64,000 nucleotides of DNA from Octopus sinensis (GCF_006345805.1 NW_021833434.1:10405-74404); one strand, 5' to 3'; counted from the stretch's first letter, positions 35,530-48,334 are shown. Translations and numbers: made by a program. The notes: generated by a model from the letters alone, not told the origin.

Positions 35530-36295
35530 CTGTCAACTAGGATAGATGGTCCCTGTGTTGGGTTCACATGACGGAGACTCTCTTTCTTCCATTCATTCTC
35601 CACATTTAATAGTCTTTCATAATAACTTTTCTATGCCACTTTCTTTTCAGGATCACTAAGAGCAAGCGTACCATTATCTGTTGGTACATCCTTCTCCCCC
35701 ACAACATCTTGTTTCTCTCTAACACACGGTCTAGCAATCTGAAATACCTCAAATCTCTGATCTTCACACTGTAAAACATTGGCAAAACTCTCCCTTTCTG
35801 TTTCTGCCCAAGCCAAATATACCTGACGCCTTGCTTCTTTTTTAGCTATCTGGTATGTTTCTTTAGTACCCACACTCTTCCATTATTTCCAAGACTGCCT
35901 CTTCTCTTTTATAACTCCATCAATCTCACTGTTTCACCACTTTGTCAACCTTGGTCTGAGAGAAAGAAACTGCTCCAATCATAGGTTTGATCTGTCACAT
36001 TTTGTTGATTGTCCCATAAGAACTCCCAATTGTCCTCTATGTTGCATGACTCCATCTCTACCTACTCATGAAAGGTTTCATTAAGAACATCTCTAAAGTC
36101 TTTGCCCATTTGAAGGATACTTGAGCTTCCATAACCTCCTTTTCTATTTTGGTTTGTGAGCAGTCTAGTTGATCACTTTCATCATAACCTCTTGCATCCA
36201 CATGCCTCCACTCAAGCATTTCAACAATCTCACCAGACGTACCTTTCCTTGTTCTGACATTGATTGTGGCAGCTCTGAGCTTGTGAATCTAGGAA
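35530..36295 (-). mobile_element. RTE LINE fragments (copy 5)
   Basis: Minus ORF KETYQIAKKEARRQVYLA...VFQIAR..VRE..DVVGEK, plus an APE N-terminal piece at 36170-36295. Confidence 0.8.
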
Positions 36296-37379
36296 GCCTG
36301 GGAGGGAAGTTGTTTCTTTGCAAAATCAGGATCTTAGCATTTGCTTGCTTGAATATAATGGGTCCTGCAGCCTAGAGTTAGCAGGTACAGGTACAGGTTG
36401 CAACATAGATAACAATTAAAATTTCCATCGGTTCTGATTATCTTTTGTGGATATGCAACTATGGTGGAGGTTTCAGGTAAATTGGAAGTCTTTGACATTA
36501 TTATTATTATTAAGGCAACAATTAGTCTTTGGCGCTACAGAAGTAGCTGTGCACATCATGATAATATACATTTCTAAATTATAACTATCATCACATTGTA
36601 CACACATATATATGAGACATACACTTGTATGCATAAGTGCATACATGAAGCATGCATTACTAGTAGTGACATGCACGTGGGTCCACAATGTTATATTTAT
36701 GCATTACGTGTATCCATAATTATGCACATCATGAAAACAGTTCACAGGTCAATAGAATAATTTTGACATAGTGACAAGTGCTACATATACATACATATTT
36801 ATATGCATGTATGTATATAGATACAATAGATACATATGTATGTGTTGTGTGTAAATTTTTAATAGAAAATTGTAAGTTGGAGTTGATTGTTGCCTGGAAA
36901 CGATGTGAATTATGAAAAATATTTTAACTTCAGACTAATTTACTGCTGAGCTGCTGAAGCAGAAATATTGTTGTAACATATAATCTGCTTGATACCACAT
37001 ATTTGCTTGTCATTTGCTTGATCTTTATCACTTGAGCATGCCTGTTATTGGTTGACAATCTGTGCATCTCTAATTGTGAGCTGAGTAGTAGTGGTGGAGC
37101 ATTATAGCCATGTGTTGAGAGGGATTCTTTGGGGTTTGAATAAATGTAACAAAAGCAAAGTTTGAAAGGAATATAAGCCATTTTTTATACTTTCTAGGGG
37201 TAAATATATAGGAAATAACAGTTGCTACCAAGGACAAAAATCTTGTTTATAGATGTTATCAAATGTAACATGAAAACTGATAATACATGAAAACGAAATT
37301 CAAATGAGATAATGATGAATAATGTATTAGGTATTAATGTATATACATATCTATATTAACAAATGTATTTTTTCACTAC

Positions 37380-38360
37380 ATAAACAAACAAACTTTGCTT
37401 TTTATATTTTTGTTCACAATGGTCAGTGTAAAAACAAACAAACTTTGGGTTTTTTTCAGTGAAATAGTATGTAGATTGCTTGAAATAGGAGCCAATACAC
37501 CACCAAGTCACCCCCATCTATTTTCAGAAAATATGTGTACAGTTATGTGCGGAATCATCATCATCATTTAATTGGCCGTGCTGGCATGGGTTGGATGGTT
37601 TGACTGGACTGGTATGCTGGAAGGCTGCACCAGACTCCAGTCTGATTTGGCATCGTTTTCTACAGCTGGATGCCCTTCATAACGCCAACCAGTCTGAGTG
37701 TGTAATGGGTGCTTTTACATGCCACTGGCATGACACTGAGGTGTGTTTATGAGCCACTGGCACAGGTGCCAATTAGTGTGACACTGGTATCTGCTGCATC
37801 TGTGATTTTGCTTGGCTTGATGGGTCTTCTTCTCAAGCACGACATAATGCCAAAGGTCTTGGTCATTGCCTCCGTGAGGCCCAACACTTGAAAGGAACTC
37901 AGCCACTTTGATACACAAAACCAGAAATACTATCAATTTTATTTAGTATTTTCAGCAGTCATAATAGTGAAATAGACTGTATGTGAATTGCTAGAAATAG
38001 TAGCCAGTACACCTCCTACTTGCCCCCTTTTCATTCTGTTTTCAGAAAATAAGTGCACAGTTATCTGCAGAATGGTTAGATTAATTCAAATGATGTAAAA
38101 ATCCTAAAATGTTGCCAATTTTATTTAGTGTTTTCAGTGGTCAACCTAGAAACAAACAAACTTTGCTTTTTATAAGGACATGTAGACATCACAGTGAAAT
38201 AATACGTGGATTGCCAATACACCACCAAGTTGACTCTCACCAATCCATTTTTAGAAAATAAGTGAACTGTTATGTGCAGAATGGTCAATAACAAGCAAAG
38301 CCTGAAATATTATCAATTTTATTGAGTATTTTCAGTGGTCAGTGTACAAACAAATAGGTT
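37380..38360 (+). repeat. Degenerate ~190-bp tandem repeat (about 3.5 units) interrupted by a LINE tail
   Basis: Recurring ATCAATTTTATTTAGTATTTTCAG, GCCAATACACCACCAAGT and TTTCAGAAAATAAGTG.ACAGTTAT.TGCAGAAT motifs near 37490-37556, 37930-38075, 38115-38285 and 38305-38345. Confidence 0.7.
37556..37905 (-). mobile_element. 3' end of the RTE LINE family
   Basis: (CAT)n tail at 37556-37567, then the same 3' UTR as at 6972-7200 and 10195-10400. Confidence 0.85.
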
Positions 38361-38384
38361 GCTGGACCGATAACCAATGTGAGA

Positions 38385-39610
38385 TCTCACATCTCTATGA
38401 TGGCATGGTAGGATGTTTGCAAACTAAATGCACTTTCTGAATCATTCTCCATCTCCAGAGGTCTGAAAGAAGGCTGCATCTTGGCTCTTACCTTGTTCTC
38501 CTTCAACCTGATAGTGATGTTCAATGAAATCTCACATAACTCTCTCAGTGTCAATATCCGCTATCACCTGCATAGCAGACTCTATAACCTGGCACGCCTA
38601 AGATCCAAAACTTGAACATCAAATAGCAGCATCAAGAAGTTCCAGTACACAAATGACAGTGCTACTCCTATTGCCTCTGTTGTTGACCTCCAGCACTGTT
38701 TGACTCTTGTCTTAGAAGCCTACCATTGCTTTGGGATGGAAGTGAATGAGGACAAAATGAAAAGACTTGTGTAGTCTGTTCCTGGACAAGAAATACTAGA
38801 AGCTACTGTCAACAAAGGGGGCACCACTGGAAGTCATCAGTTATTTCCAGTACCTCAGCAGCACTCTCTCACAATCTGGACCATACAAAAGGGACATCGA
38901 CCACAGAATCAAATCCACTCATTTAGCTTTTAGAAGACACAGCAAGCAAGTATTCAACAACCACAGGCTCCCTCTCTGAACAAAATTCATGGTGTTCCAT
39001 GTCCTTGTCATCTTCACCTTGCTCTACACATGTGAGACATGGACTCTGTATTGAAAAGACTTGAAAAAGTTTGAGCATTTCCAACCAGCTAAGCTTTAAC
39101 AGATCCTCAATATCAAATGGCAGGACTGACACGTCATCTACAAAGTCCTCGATCATTCAGAAATGCCAAGCATTGAAGTTGCCATCCTCAAGTTGCATTG
39201 CCTCAAGTGGTCAAGACATATATCATCTGAACAGTCCCATCCTCTACAGTGAGTTCGTCAATGGCATTGAAGACCCCCAAACTGCAGATTCAAAGAACAA
39301 CTGAAGTCTTCAATCCTTCAAGCTGCAATCACCCTTAATACCTGGAAACTGAAATTGTCAACTGTCCACCTTGGCGAAGAGCAATTCATTTCAGTTGTTC
39401 TACTTTTGAGGAGAAAGACTGAAGAAGAAGCAAAAGAAAGCAATGCAAGGCCTGACAACTGCAGCCAAGTCCACACCCACCCTGCCATGCAGTCAATGCG
39501 TGAGGTTGTTCCATTCCTGACTTGGCCTTCTCAGCCATGTCAAGTTTAAGTATTGTGGAGGCATCAAATGAACCAAATCTGGACAGAGTGGTGCCAACAA
39601 CTATGTATAC
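38385..39610 (+). mobile_element. Third RTE-type LINE family, old and decayed
   Basis: LYDGMVG, GLKEGCILALTLFS, RLYNLARLRSKT, YTND (degenerate YADD) and LLYTCETWTL. Confidence 0.8.
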
Positions 39611-39769
39611 ATTTTACCTTGTTTTGTATTTTTACTGTGTATGTTTTCTACACATTTTTATCATGCAATTCTATTTAAATCACCACATTTTATCTTCATC
39701 TTTGTGTATTGTCTCCCTCATCCATCACCCAGCTTGCAAATGAAAGAAATTGTAGCTGTTGTTGTTAAT

Positions 39770-41310
39770 GTAGTAAACTAGCAGAATCTTTGAAGCATTA
39801 GAAAAATGCTTTGTGGTGTTTGTTCCAACACTTTATGTACTGAGTTCTATTCTTGCAATGGTCAGGTGTACCTTTCACTCTTTTGGTGTTGATAAAACAA
39901 AATAAAATTGTATAATATTGGTGATATTGACTAATTCCTGGAAAATTGTCTAACTGTCACCTTTATTATTATTATTATTATTATTATATTATTATTATTA
40001 TTATTGTGGCAGTAAGCTAGCAGAATTGTAAGCACACCAGGCAAAATTCCTAGCAACATTTCATCCATTTGTATGTTTTGAGTTCAAATTTTGCTGAGGT
40101 CAACTTTACCTTTCAACTTTTCGAGGTTGATAAAATAAGTACCAGTTGAACCCTGGGATAGATGTAATCACCATGCCCCTCCCTCAAAATTGCTGACTTT
40201 GAGCCAGAATTTGAAATCATTATTATTATTGTTAAGGCAGTGAACTGACAAGACCATTAGCATGCTAAACAAAATGTTTGCAACATTTCATTTGTCTTTA
40301 TATTCTGAATTCAAATGGCACGAGGTTGTCTTTCATCTTTGCAGATGACTAGGGTCTCATTGTAATTGGCTAACCCCACCTCCCTCAAAATTTCACCTTG
40401 TGCCTATAATAGGGTTATTGTTATTCAAGATGGCAAGCTGGCTGAATCATTGGCACACCAGGCAAAATGTTTAGCAGTATTTCACCCATTCCTATGTTCT
40501 GAGTTCAATTCCTCAGAGGTTGACTTTGCCTTTCATCCTTTTGGAGTTGATAAATTAAGTACAAGTGAAATACTGGGGTTGATGTAATTATTTAGTCCCC
40601 TCCCACCAAATTACAGGCCTTGTGCCTTTAGTTTTAGATTATTATCATTATTGTTATTATTATTATTATGGTATCAATCTGACAGACAAGATGTGTCAAA
40701 CAAGATGTGTTGCAATATTTGCATTCATTTCCTAGTGAGATTAAATTCACCCTTAGTCCTTCCAATGTTGATAAAAATAAAGAAATTAAGTCAGGTGGTT
40801 GATGTTATCAGCTAACACACTTCACCTCGAAATTGCTGGCCTTTTGCAAAAACCAAAAGTAATTATTGGTTCCATATTTTGGCACAAGGCCTGCAATTTT
40901 AGGAGTTGGAGTAAGTTGATTACGTTGACTCCAGTGTCCTACTTGGTACTTATTTTATTGACCCTGGAAGGATGAAATGCAAAGTTGATCTCAGCAAAAT
41001 TTGACCTCAGAATATAAAGTTGGTTGAAATGCCACTAAGCATTTTTCCTGATATGCTAATGGTTCTGCCCGCTCACTGCCCTAAAATCCAAAGTAATTAA
41101 TGTGGTAAATAAGCAGCATCAGCAGAGGATGGGACAAAATACAATGCATTATTTAGTTAGGCCTGTTTACATTCTGAGTTCAAATTCTATTGAAATTGAT
41201 TTTTGACTTCCATTTCTTCAAGGCCAGTAAAAGAGAGAACCCATCTTGGGTCATTGATATTGACATAGCCCCTCCTCTCAAAATTGTACCTGATTTATTA
41301 CAAATGTGAC
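39770..41310. mobile_element. Array of seven degenerate SINE family 1 copies: five +, one - (40868-41085), one +
   Basis: Units at about 39770-39960, 40005-40218, 40232-40415, 40425-40638, 40668-40860, 40868-41085 (inverted) and 41100-41310. Most retain GAGTTCAA.TT and TTGATAAA..AAGTAC motifs and are separated by (ATT)n tracts. Confidence 0.8.
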
Positions 41311-41485
41311 CAATGTTCAAATCTTTATTATTAGAAACATATTTAAAAAATTTTGAAAAATTGCTAATTTTCTTCAAAATATACTTCTGGTTTGTTTTTT
41401 TCTTTACTTTTTTGTTCTTTTATTAAGTGCACTAATTTGATTTTGTTTGTTTTTCTTTTAACTCTTTATGTTCTGAAATTCATAG

Positions 41486-41736
41486 ATTCTCCAGAAAATA
41501 TGATACTAGATGTTTCTGGAGGAAAAGTATGTGTTGATACTCCAACCAAATTCCGCTGCAGTTGGAAAGGTGGTAATCCACCAGCAAGTGTAACCCTGGA
41601 GTATGAAAAATACTCAAATACTAGTAAAGAAGAAGTTGAAATTAATGTAATACCTTCCAAATCTCATCAAACAGTCAAGTGTCGGGCATTCATATTGCTG
41701 CAAATGTGTCTCGTGAAAAGAATTTAACTATTCATT
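41486..41736 (+). CDS. Ig-domain exon B (phase 1-1; 251 nt, one base short of frame)
   Basis: Acceptor TTCTGAAATTCATAG| and donor T|GTGAGT at 41737. T from exon A + AT gives Tyr (HIKY-SPEN). Protein reads SPENMILDVSGGKVCVDTPTKFRCSWKGGNPPASVTL...TVKCRAF; adding one base near 41691 restores N-IAANVSREKNLTIH to the donor. Confidence 0.85.
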
Positions 41737-42124
41737 GTGAGTATAATGAAGCATCTTTTGAAAATTTTATCTTCTGTTTTTATCATTTTCTTTTTTTAAT
41801 TCAAATATGAAAAAAAATTTTAACTGTAAGATTTAGTCTTTTGTATATGTTGGTTGGTTTGGCTGTAGGTTTTTGAGTGAAGGAAAGAAAAAATAATAAT
41901 ATCCTGTGATTCCAAACCAGTGTGAGCGTTGTTATTCTTCTGGAACTATGTATCTAATTGCATTGTTGGAATTTGTGTAGTTTTATCATGCAAGTTGAAT
42001 ATACAGAGGAAATAAACTTATGGTCAAATGCCATTATAAATAGTGCCCCAGCATGACCACAACTTTGAAGTTGAAACAATTTAAAGATTTATGGCTAAAT
42101 ATCTGGGAGCTCTTTAAATTTTAT

Positions 42125-43490
42125 TTAGGAAAAGAGATCAGTAATTAGAGGGATATCAAATTACTGGACTAGTTCATTAAAGTCAGAAAAAGAGTTATGG
42201 CTCTGTTGATAATTGACAGTTAAACTAGATGAGATGCAGTTCAGTTTTGTTCTGGAAAAAAGAAGTACTGATATCATATTCCTAGTGAGTCAACAAGTGA
42301 AGAACCTGTTGACCTAGAGAAAGCCTTTGACAAAGGTTACTCATTTGGGGATCTAGTAATTATTGATGAAGCTAGGAGTATAAGAATGGCTTATGTGAGC
42401 CATACAATCCATATACAGGTGTATTGTCAGCAATATGAGAAATAGCAATGAGTACAGTGATGACTTTAGTGTGTAGGTAGGATACCATCAGTGCTTAGTC
42501 TCTTTCTATTTATCAAAGACCTCCAGGGGAGTTTAAGATTAGGTGTCTACAGGAATTCTTATTTGCTCATGTTCTCCTTTTTATGGCTGAAGCTGGAGTA
42601 AGACTGGGAAAACATTACAGGTGTGAAAGCAAAGCATGGAATCAAAGGGCCTCATTACCTTGGTAAACATTCAAATCTTAGTAAATCAGAAAACATACAA
42701 GACCCTTCATCCATCTGGATAATTACCTTGTTTCATATGTAAAAAAGAAATGGGTGGAAAGTTGATATAGTGTATCCAGTGCAAACTGTGTATGTGCAAG
42801 AGATACAATGGAATTATGGGTAGGTTGACAAAGTGACATTGTATATAGCAGGTGTGCTGGAGCAATAAACTTTAAGTGAACATGAGAAATGAAGCCTTCA
42901 AAAGCCCAGGAAGATTTCTAGATGTAATAGAGAGCTTTTGTTATCTAGGTGATCAAAACAGTATTGGTGGAAATTGTTCTCAAAGTGTAGTAGCCAATGT
43001 AAAATCTGAGTAGAGAAAGTCCATGGATTTATTACTTCTGTCATAAACATAAAGTTTTTCTCTCAGTGTGAAAAGCTGACTTTATGATGCTTTTTTCAAC
43101 TTGAAATGCTCCATGATAGTGAGACATGAGCCTTGAATGTGGAGGACCTGAAAAGACTAGAAATAAATAAAGCATACATGCTCCACTAGATATGCAATGT
43201 TAGTGTGAAAGATTGATGGAATACAATGTGTTGAGGAGAACAACTGGCCAAGAATTAAATGTAGTATACATTAGTTTGGGTATGTAATATGTATGGATAA
43301 GACAGTTGTATATAAAGTAATGATCACTCACAGTAGATGAAACCTGTGTGAGAGAAAGACATGGGATGAGGTAGTGAAGGCTGATCTCAGGATGCTGGCA
43401 CTCATGGAAGAGATGACAAACCAAGTTGATTAGTGATATGCAGTACTCAACATGATTTACCTTCCTATGATTGCACATCATGGCTAAGGC
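42125..43490 (+). mobile_element. RTE LINE copy 6, older and heavily mutated
   Basis: GATGAGATGCAGTTCAGTTTTGTT, GAGAAAGCCTTTGAC and GGGATGAGGTAGTGAAG segments are homologous to copies 3, 4 and 8. Confidence 0.8.
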
Positions 43491-44449
43491 TCTCAAAGCG
43501 TAATATATATATATATGTACACTATGCACCTGAGTCGTCTCCCCCATCTATCCAGACAACAAGTTCCCCCTTCAAGCCACTTCCATTCTCCTCATTGTAA
43601 CAATTGACAATCCCTACCTCACCCTTGTTAATATCCATCTTAAACTCTCATCTTCATTTGTAACTTCTGGATCGCTGCCACTTCCTATTGATACTCATTC
43701 CTCATTTTTGTCATCCATGACTACATTCCTTTCCTCGTTGGGTTTCAATTTTCACATTCACTTCACTCACAACCTCAACTCCACTTCTCATCCTCACATC
43801 TCACTCGCAATCTCTAATTCTACATCCAGCATCCTATCCCCTCAGTCTCCTCCACTTGCAACCTGAGTTCTATCCCTCATCACGCTATCACACATTCCTC
43901 TATCATTTCCCAATATACTACATTTTTCTGCTCTTGTAAGAAACTGATATAGAACCTGCTACTATATACCATACCATTGCCATCTCTGTACTGCTGATCA
44001 CCACTCTTCTCTATACTATTCTCAATCAGCCTTCATTCCTCATTCTCAATTGTACCTCACTCATACTGGTTACCTCCACCCTTGTTCACCCTTCTCTACA
44101 TTTATCTTCTATATACTACTGACCTCATTCACCTCATGTTTATATCCACCTCACTCTCCTTTCACACTCTTACAGCCTTTTCGCAAACCTTCATTATTCT
44201 CCTGTATCCTTCTCTCTCCATTTATCTCTTGGACATGTTACCATGCATGTATGTTCTGTTACCTTGTCATCACCATTTTTACCTCTTGAGTCCCATTCCA
44301 GTCCTTCCCACCCATTGATGCAAAATAAATAGTTGCCATACATCTTTCTGCCACCCTCCACAGTGATACTTTAACATCTCAACTCCTTGCTTAAAGCATC
44401 CACCCTATCTCTTATCTTCCCCATTAGTTGAATAGCTCTTCAGTCTTGC

Positions 44450-44690
44450 AAGTTTCAAAGGAACCTCATTAGAGTTGATGCTATGAAAATAGCACCCAGT
44501 AAACTCTGTAAAGTGGTTGGCATTAGGAAAGGTATACATAAAGCATGCTAAAACTGACTTTTAAGCAAGATGTGGTTCTCTGGCCTGCAGGACCTTGTTA
44601 AAACGTATTGTCATGCTAGCATGGAAAGCAGACACAAGATGATAGTGGTAGTGGCAGCAATGATGATTATCATCATCTCTATGATGATAG
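44450..44690 (+). mobile_element. 3' tip of the RTE LINE family
   Basis: GTGGTTGGCATTAGGAAAGG...CATGCTAGCATGGAAAGCAGAC followed by a degenerate (ATG)n tail. Confidence 0.7.
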
Positions 44691-45565
44691 TGCATGTCTA
44701 TTTTGAGGAAGATATATACATATTAAGAATCCATATGTCAGAAAAAAATAAGCCCATTTACATTTGTTAATAGGGCAGGTATAATAGTCAAAATGTACAG
44801 TATTATAGATCCATTACAGCTAATCTTACCACTTGGTTTTACTCTGGGAATTAAAATGGATATTAGATAACAGCACAATTAAGAAATACTCTGTGCTCTT
44901 GAGATCTGGTAGGTATGGAAAAAATATCTGTTTTGAGGAAGGTATAAAGAAATTAATAATGTAATGCAATTTATGAAGTTTTGCAAAATGTAGGTAAAAC
45001 ATTATGAAAAGCCTGCACCAACAAATTTTCATAAATTCCTTTTTTAAAAACACCTATATTGTGGTATTTTAGTTTGACATTAAACTTCCCTTATTTTATT
45101 ACAATTCTATCATTATCAGCAGTCCCAATTTACAAAAATGTAATATTTCATCATACACATTTTTATTTTATTTTATTTAATGATAGTAGTTGTGGAACCT
45201 ATGTAGACTTATATTCAATGTTGCCTTTTATTCTGCATCCTTTTCCTGAAACTTTGTGTCTTGCTAATTAAATTTTGCCAACATCTTCAAAACTTAAATG
45301 GTAGTCTGATGAAATTCTTGGATACAAGTATTTTTATATAGATGTGTATTTTCTAATATATTGGTTAGGATTTGAAAATTTGTATTGGACATTTCTTTCA
45401 GTGTAAAAGATTGCAATACTAATAGAATTTATTTAAAATTTTCTCATTTTTATGCATCACTTTATATCTAATGCAACTTGGAATATTAATCACCAATGTA
45501 ACAGCAAAAAATAAAATATCTTTATGCAAGTATTTACGTAAATAATCTGATTTCCTTTTATACAG

Positions 45566-45818
45566 ATCCACCTAAAACAATAGAAATCAAGACTGATGAA
45601 CCCTTTCTTGAAGGTCGCAAAGGTATTTTGCATTGTAAGGCAATAAATGGATATCCAGAAAAGTACAGCTACAGGTGGGATCCAGTAAGTAACAAACCTC
45701 ACAAAATTTAACACTTTCTCAACTCAATCGAACACACAATAATGAGGTTTACACTTGTTATGCTTCTAACAAGTGCAGTAAAAGAGAATTACATAAAAAC
45801 ATTGGATCAATGTAGAAT
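45566..45818 (+). CDS. Ig-domain exon C (phase 1-1; 253 nt, two bases short of frame)
   Basis: Acceptor TTTCCTTTTATACAG| and donor T|GTAAGT at 45819. Reads (Y)PPKTIEIKTDEPFLEGRKGILHCKAINGYPEKYSYRWDPVSNK; +1 base gives SQNLTLSQLNRTHNNEVYTCYASNKC; +1 base gives WINVE. It carries Ig Cys/Trp and YTCYASN motifs. Confidence 0.85.
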
Positions 45819-46209
45819 GTAAGTTGAAAGCTTAAAATTCTATTACAAACCTGTAAAATAATTTATTTACATTCATTACAGAAAAGTACTACGATCTTTC
45901 ATCTTTGTTAATTTGGTTTTACCCCAAAATCTTCACATAGTTGATTTTCTTTGTTTTTCTAAAATAAATTGTTTAATAAAAATACAAATTGTAGGTTGTA
46001 AAATTTATTTCAACCTATCAACTTTTAAACAGTATACAGCTGTATATTATTTACATTTGACGAATATTTGTCCTCATCTTGCTTGTCTTGTTAACACAAT
46101 GTTTTGGCTGATATACCCTCAGGTGTCTTGGGAAATTGCGAACCTGGGTTCTCAAGATATAATGAGAGAAGGCGATATTCTCCCGATATCGTAAACCTTG
46201 TCTTCCATT

Positions 46210-46312
46210 AGAGTAGTTTTGATGTTAGTATTATCATTCAGGTCACTGCCTGGAATTGAACTTGGAATCTTGGGTTAGTAGCCTGCGCGCGCTCTTAACC
46301 ACTATGCCATAA
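46210..46312 (-). mobile_element. Short tRNA-derived SINE-like element (head plus degenerate TAA-type tail)
   Basis: Minus strand TGGCATAGTGG (A box) ... GTTCAATTCC (B box). The loop reads CT-ACT-AA, which is not a normal eukaryotic anticodon, so this is not a true tRNA gene. Confidence 0.7.
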
Positions 46313-46439
46313 GCCCGTGGGTAATTATGGAGTGAATTTTGGGGTTTATAAATCTAATATTTTCCTACCCTTCTTTAATACCATTTTGCATATGCTACTT
46401 ATTGGATTAAGAACAGAACAAAGAGATAAGCCCTGCTTT

Positions 46440-46467
46440 CCCAGGAATTACTGGGTACATCAGCTAA
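46440..46467 (+). mobile_element. Degenerate Helitron-type 3' terminus
   Basis: Hairpin CCCAG-GAATTA-CTGGG, then TACATCAG-CTAA|T (CTAG variant), followed by (TA)n. Confidence 0.45.
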
Positions 46468-47164
46468 TATATATATAGATAGATAAAACATAATAGCTTC
46501 CCCTGAACCATTTAGTTTCATTTTGGTTGACAAACAAATTAATTAACTCTCTTTATATATATAATAAATTTTGCATTTTAAATGCTTTGGTGAAAATTTT
46601 CAGGGTGCATAAAAGGACAATATGTGAACTACATAGCGATTTACTGGAATATTCAAATATACACAGAAAATATATTTATGTTTACTATGTATATGTGTGT
46701 GTGCACGCATGCATTAAAAATATTCATTTATTTTTAAATTCAATATTACTAATAACAATAATCATGAATAATGATTTATACTATGTAAGAGGAACATTAT
46801 TTACTGAATAAAATGAAATAATATTAAAGTGAAAGAGAAATAAAGTTTATGATCATGTTTGTATATGTGTGTGCGCATGTCTATGCTCATATTTACATAT
46901 ACGCACGCACACACACACACAGACGCACATACAGAGATACAGATATATATACACACAATAATTATGGATGCCAATGGTTTATATGTCAACTTACATGTGT
47001 ATATATGTTACTTTCTAAGTTTTTTATTAATGTACATAAATACATAAGAGCAGCAATAAAAGTTCATTCACACATTATTTGATATTAATATTTATATTGA
47101 AGTTTAATAATAATGATAATAATCAACTAAATTATATAAAAGTAAAAGTACATGATTAAATATA

Positions 47165-47453
47165 TATATAATAAAATAAAATAAAATAAGGTAGCAGAAT
47201 AATGAATATAGAATAAATAGGATAAGAATAAAAAATAGAAATAAAGGGGAAGTAAAATTTGTTTATGCGTGAATGCATGTGCGTGTATATGCATACATGG
47301 ATTATATTATGTGTATGTGGATATCTATATATGGATAACATTGTTGGTATTTATAAAACATAATAAATAAAATAAAATAAGGTAAATAAGTAAGCAGAAA
47401 TAAGGAATAAAGAATAAATAAAAATATAAAGGTGAAATAAATTTGCTTATGTG
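47165..47453 (+). repeat. AT-rich repeat X; inverted paralog at 53344-53958 and short same-strand piece at 53268-53325
   Basis: The reverse complement of 47165-47453 aligns by eye with 53344-53503 plus 53822-53958 (e.g. CACATAAGCAAATTTATTTCAC, AAATACCAACAATGTTATCCAT). Confidence 0.85.
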
Positions 47454-47578
47454 TTTATACATGTGCATACACGTATGGGTGTATCTTGTTTACATATTAG
47501 TATCTCTATATGTACTTGCATATACAGATATACAGATGTTTATTTCTAGTTATTTCATTAGTTCATTAGTTTATATTT

Positions 47579-48334
47579 CCACACCCTAGCGGTTGAGGGA
47601 ACCTGTGGAAGAAGTAGACCCAGGAAGACCTGGGATGAAGTGGGGAAGCACGATCTTCGAACTTTAGGCCTCACCAAGGAAATGACTAATGACCGAGACC
47701 TATGGAAATATGCTGTGCTTGAGAAGACCCGGCAAGCCAAATGAGACCATAACCTCGTTTGCCTGTGCCAGGGGTGTAACCAGCCCACTTGTGCGTACCT
47801 TTTCTTCTCTGAACACTAATCTCTGTTTGCGAAGACCTGTTGAGGCAATTGAAATCGAAACGAAATCAAAATCAAAGTGAAATTCGATGACAGGCATGAG
47901 CACCATATGAGCGTGATTGTTGCCAGCTTCGCCTTACTGGCACTTGTGCCCTGTGCTAGTAGGGTGCTAAGAGCACCATCTGAGTGTGATCGTTGCCAGA
48001 GCGGCTAACTGGCTTGTAGGAGGCATGTAGAAGGCACCATTCGAGCGGGATCATTACCAGCATCGCCTTACTGGCACCTGTGCCGTTGGCATGTGTAAAA
48101 ACAAATTCGAGCGAGGTCGTTGCCAGTACCGCCTGACTGGCCCCAAGCTGGTGGCACATAAAAGCACCCACTACACTCTCGGAGTGGTTGGTGTTAGGAA
48201 GGGACTCCAGCTGTAGAAACTCTGCCAGATTGGAGCTTGGTGCAGCCATCTGGTTCACCAGCCGACAGTCAAACCGTCCAACCCATGCTAGCATGGAAAG
48301 CGGATGTTAAATGACGATGATGATGATGATGATG
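47579..48334 (+). mobile_element. RTE LINE copy 7 (C-terminal end plus complete 3' UTR)
   Basis: CACACCCTAGCGGTTGAGGGAACCTGTGG (HTLAVEGTC) through an (ATG)n tail ending at ~48334. Confidence 0.92.

Noticed and set aside
42215-42260. Apparent shared 5' truncation point (TAGATGAGATGCAG) among LINE copies 2, 3 and 6
   Set aside because: Copy 6 homology extends upstream to ~42125, so there is no common breakpoint.
46238-46312. tRNA gene candidate
   Set aside because: The acceptor stem is not closed, the ACT anticodon is atypical and a simple-repeat tail follows; treated as a SINE.
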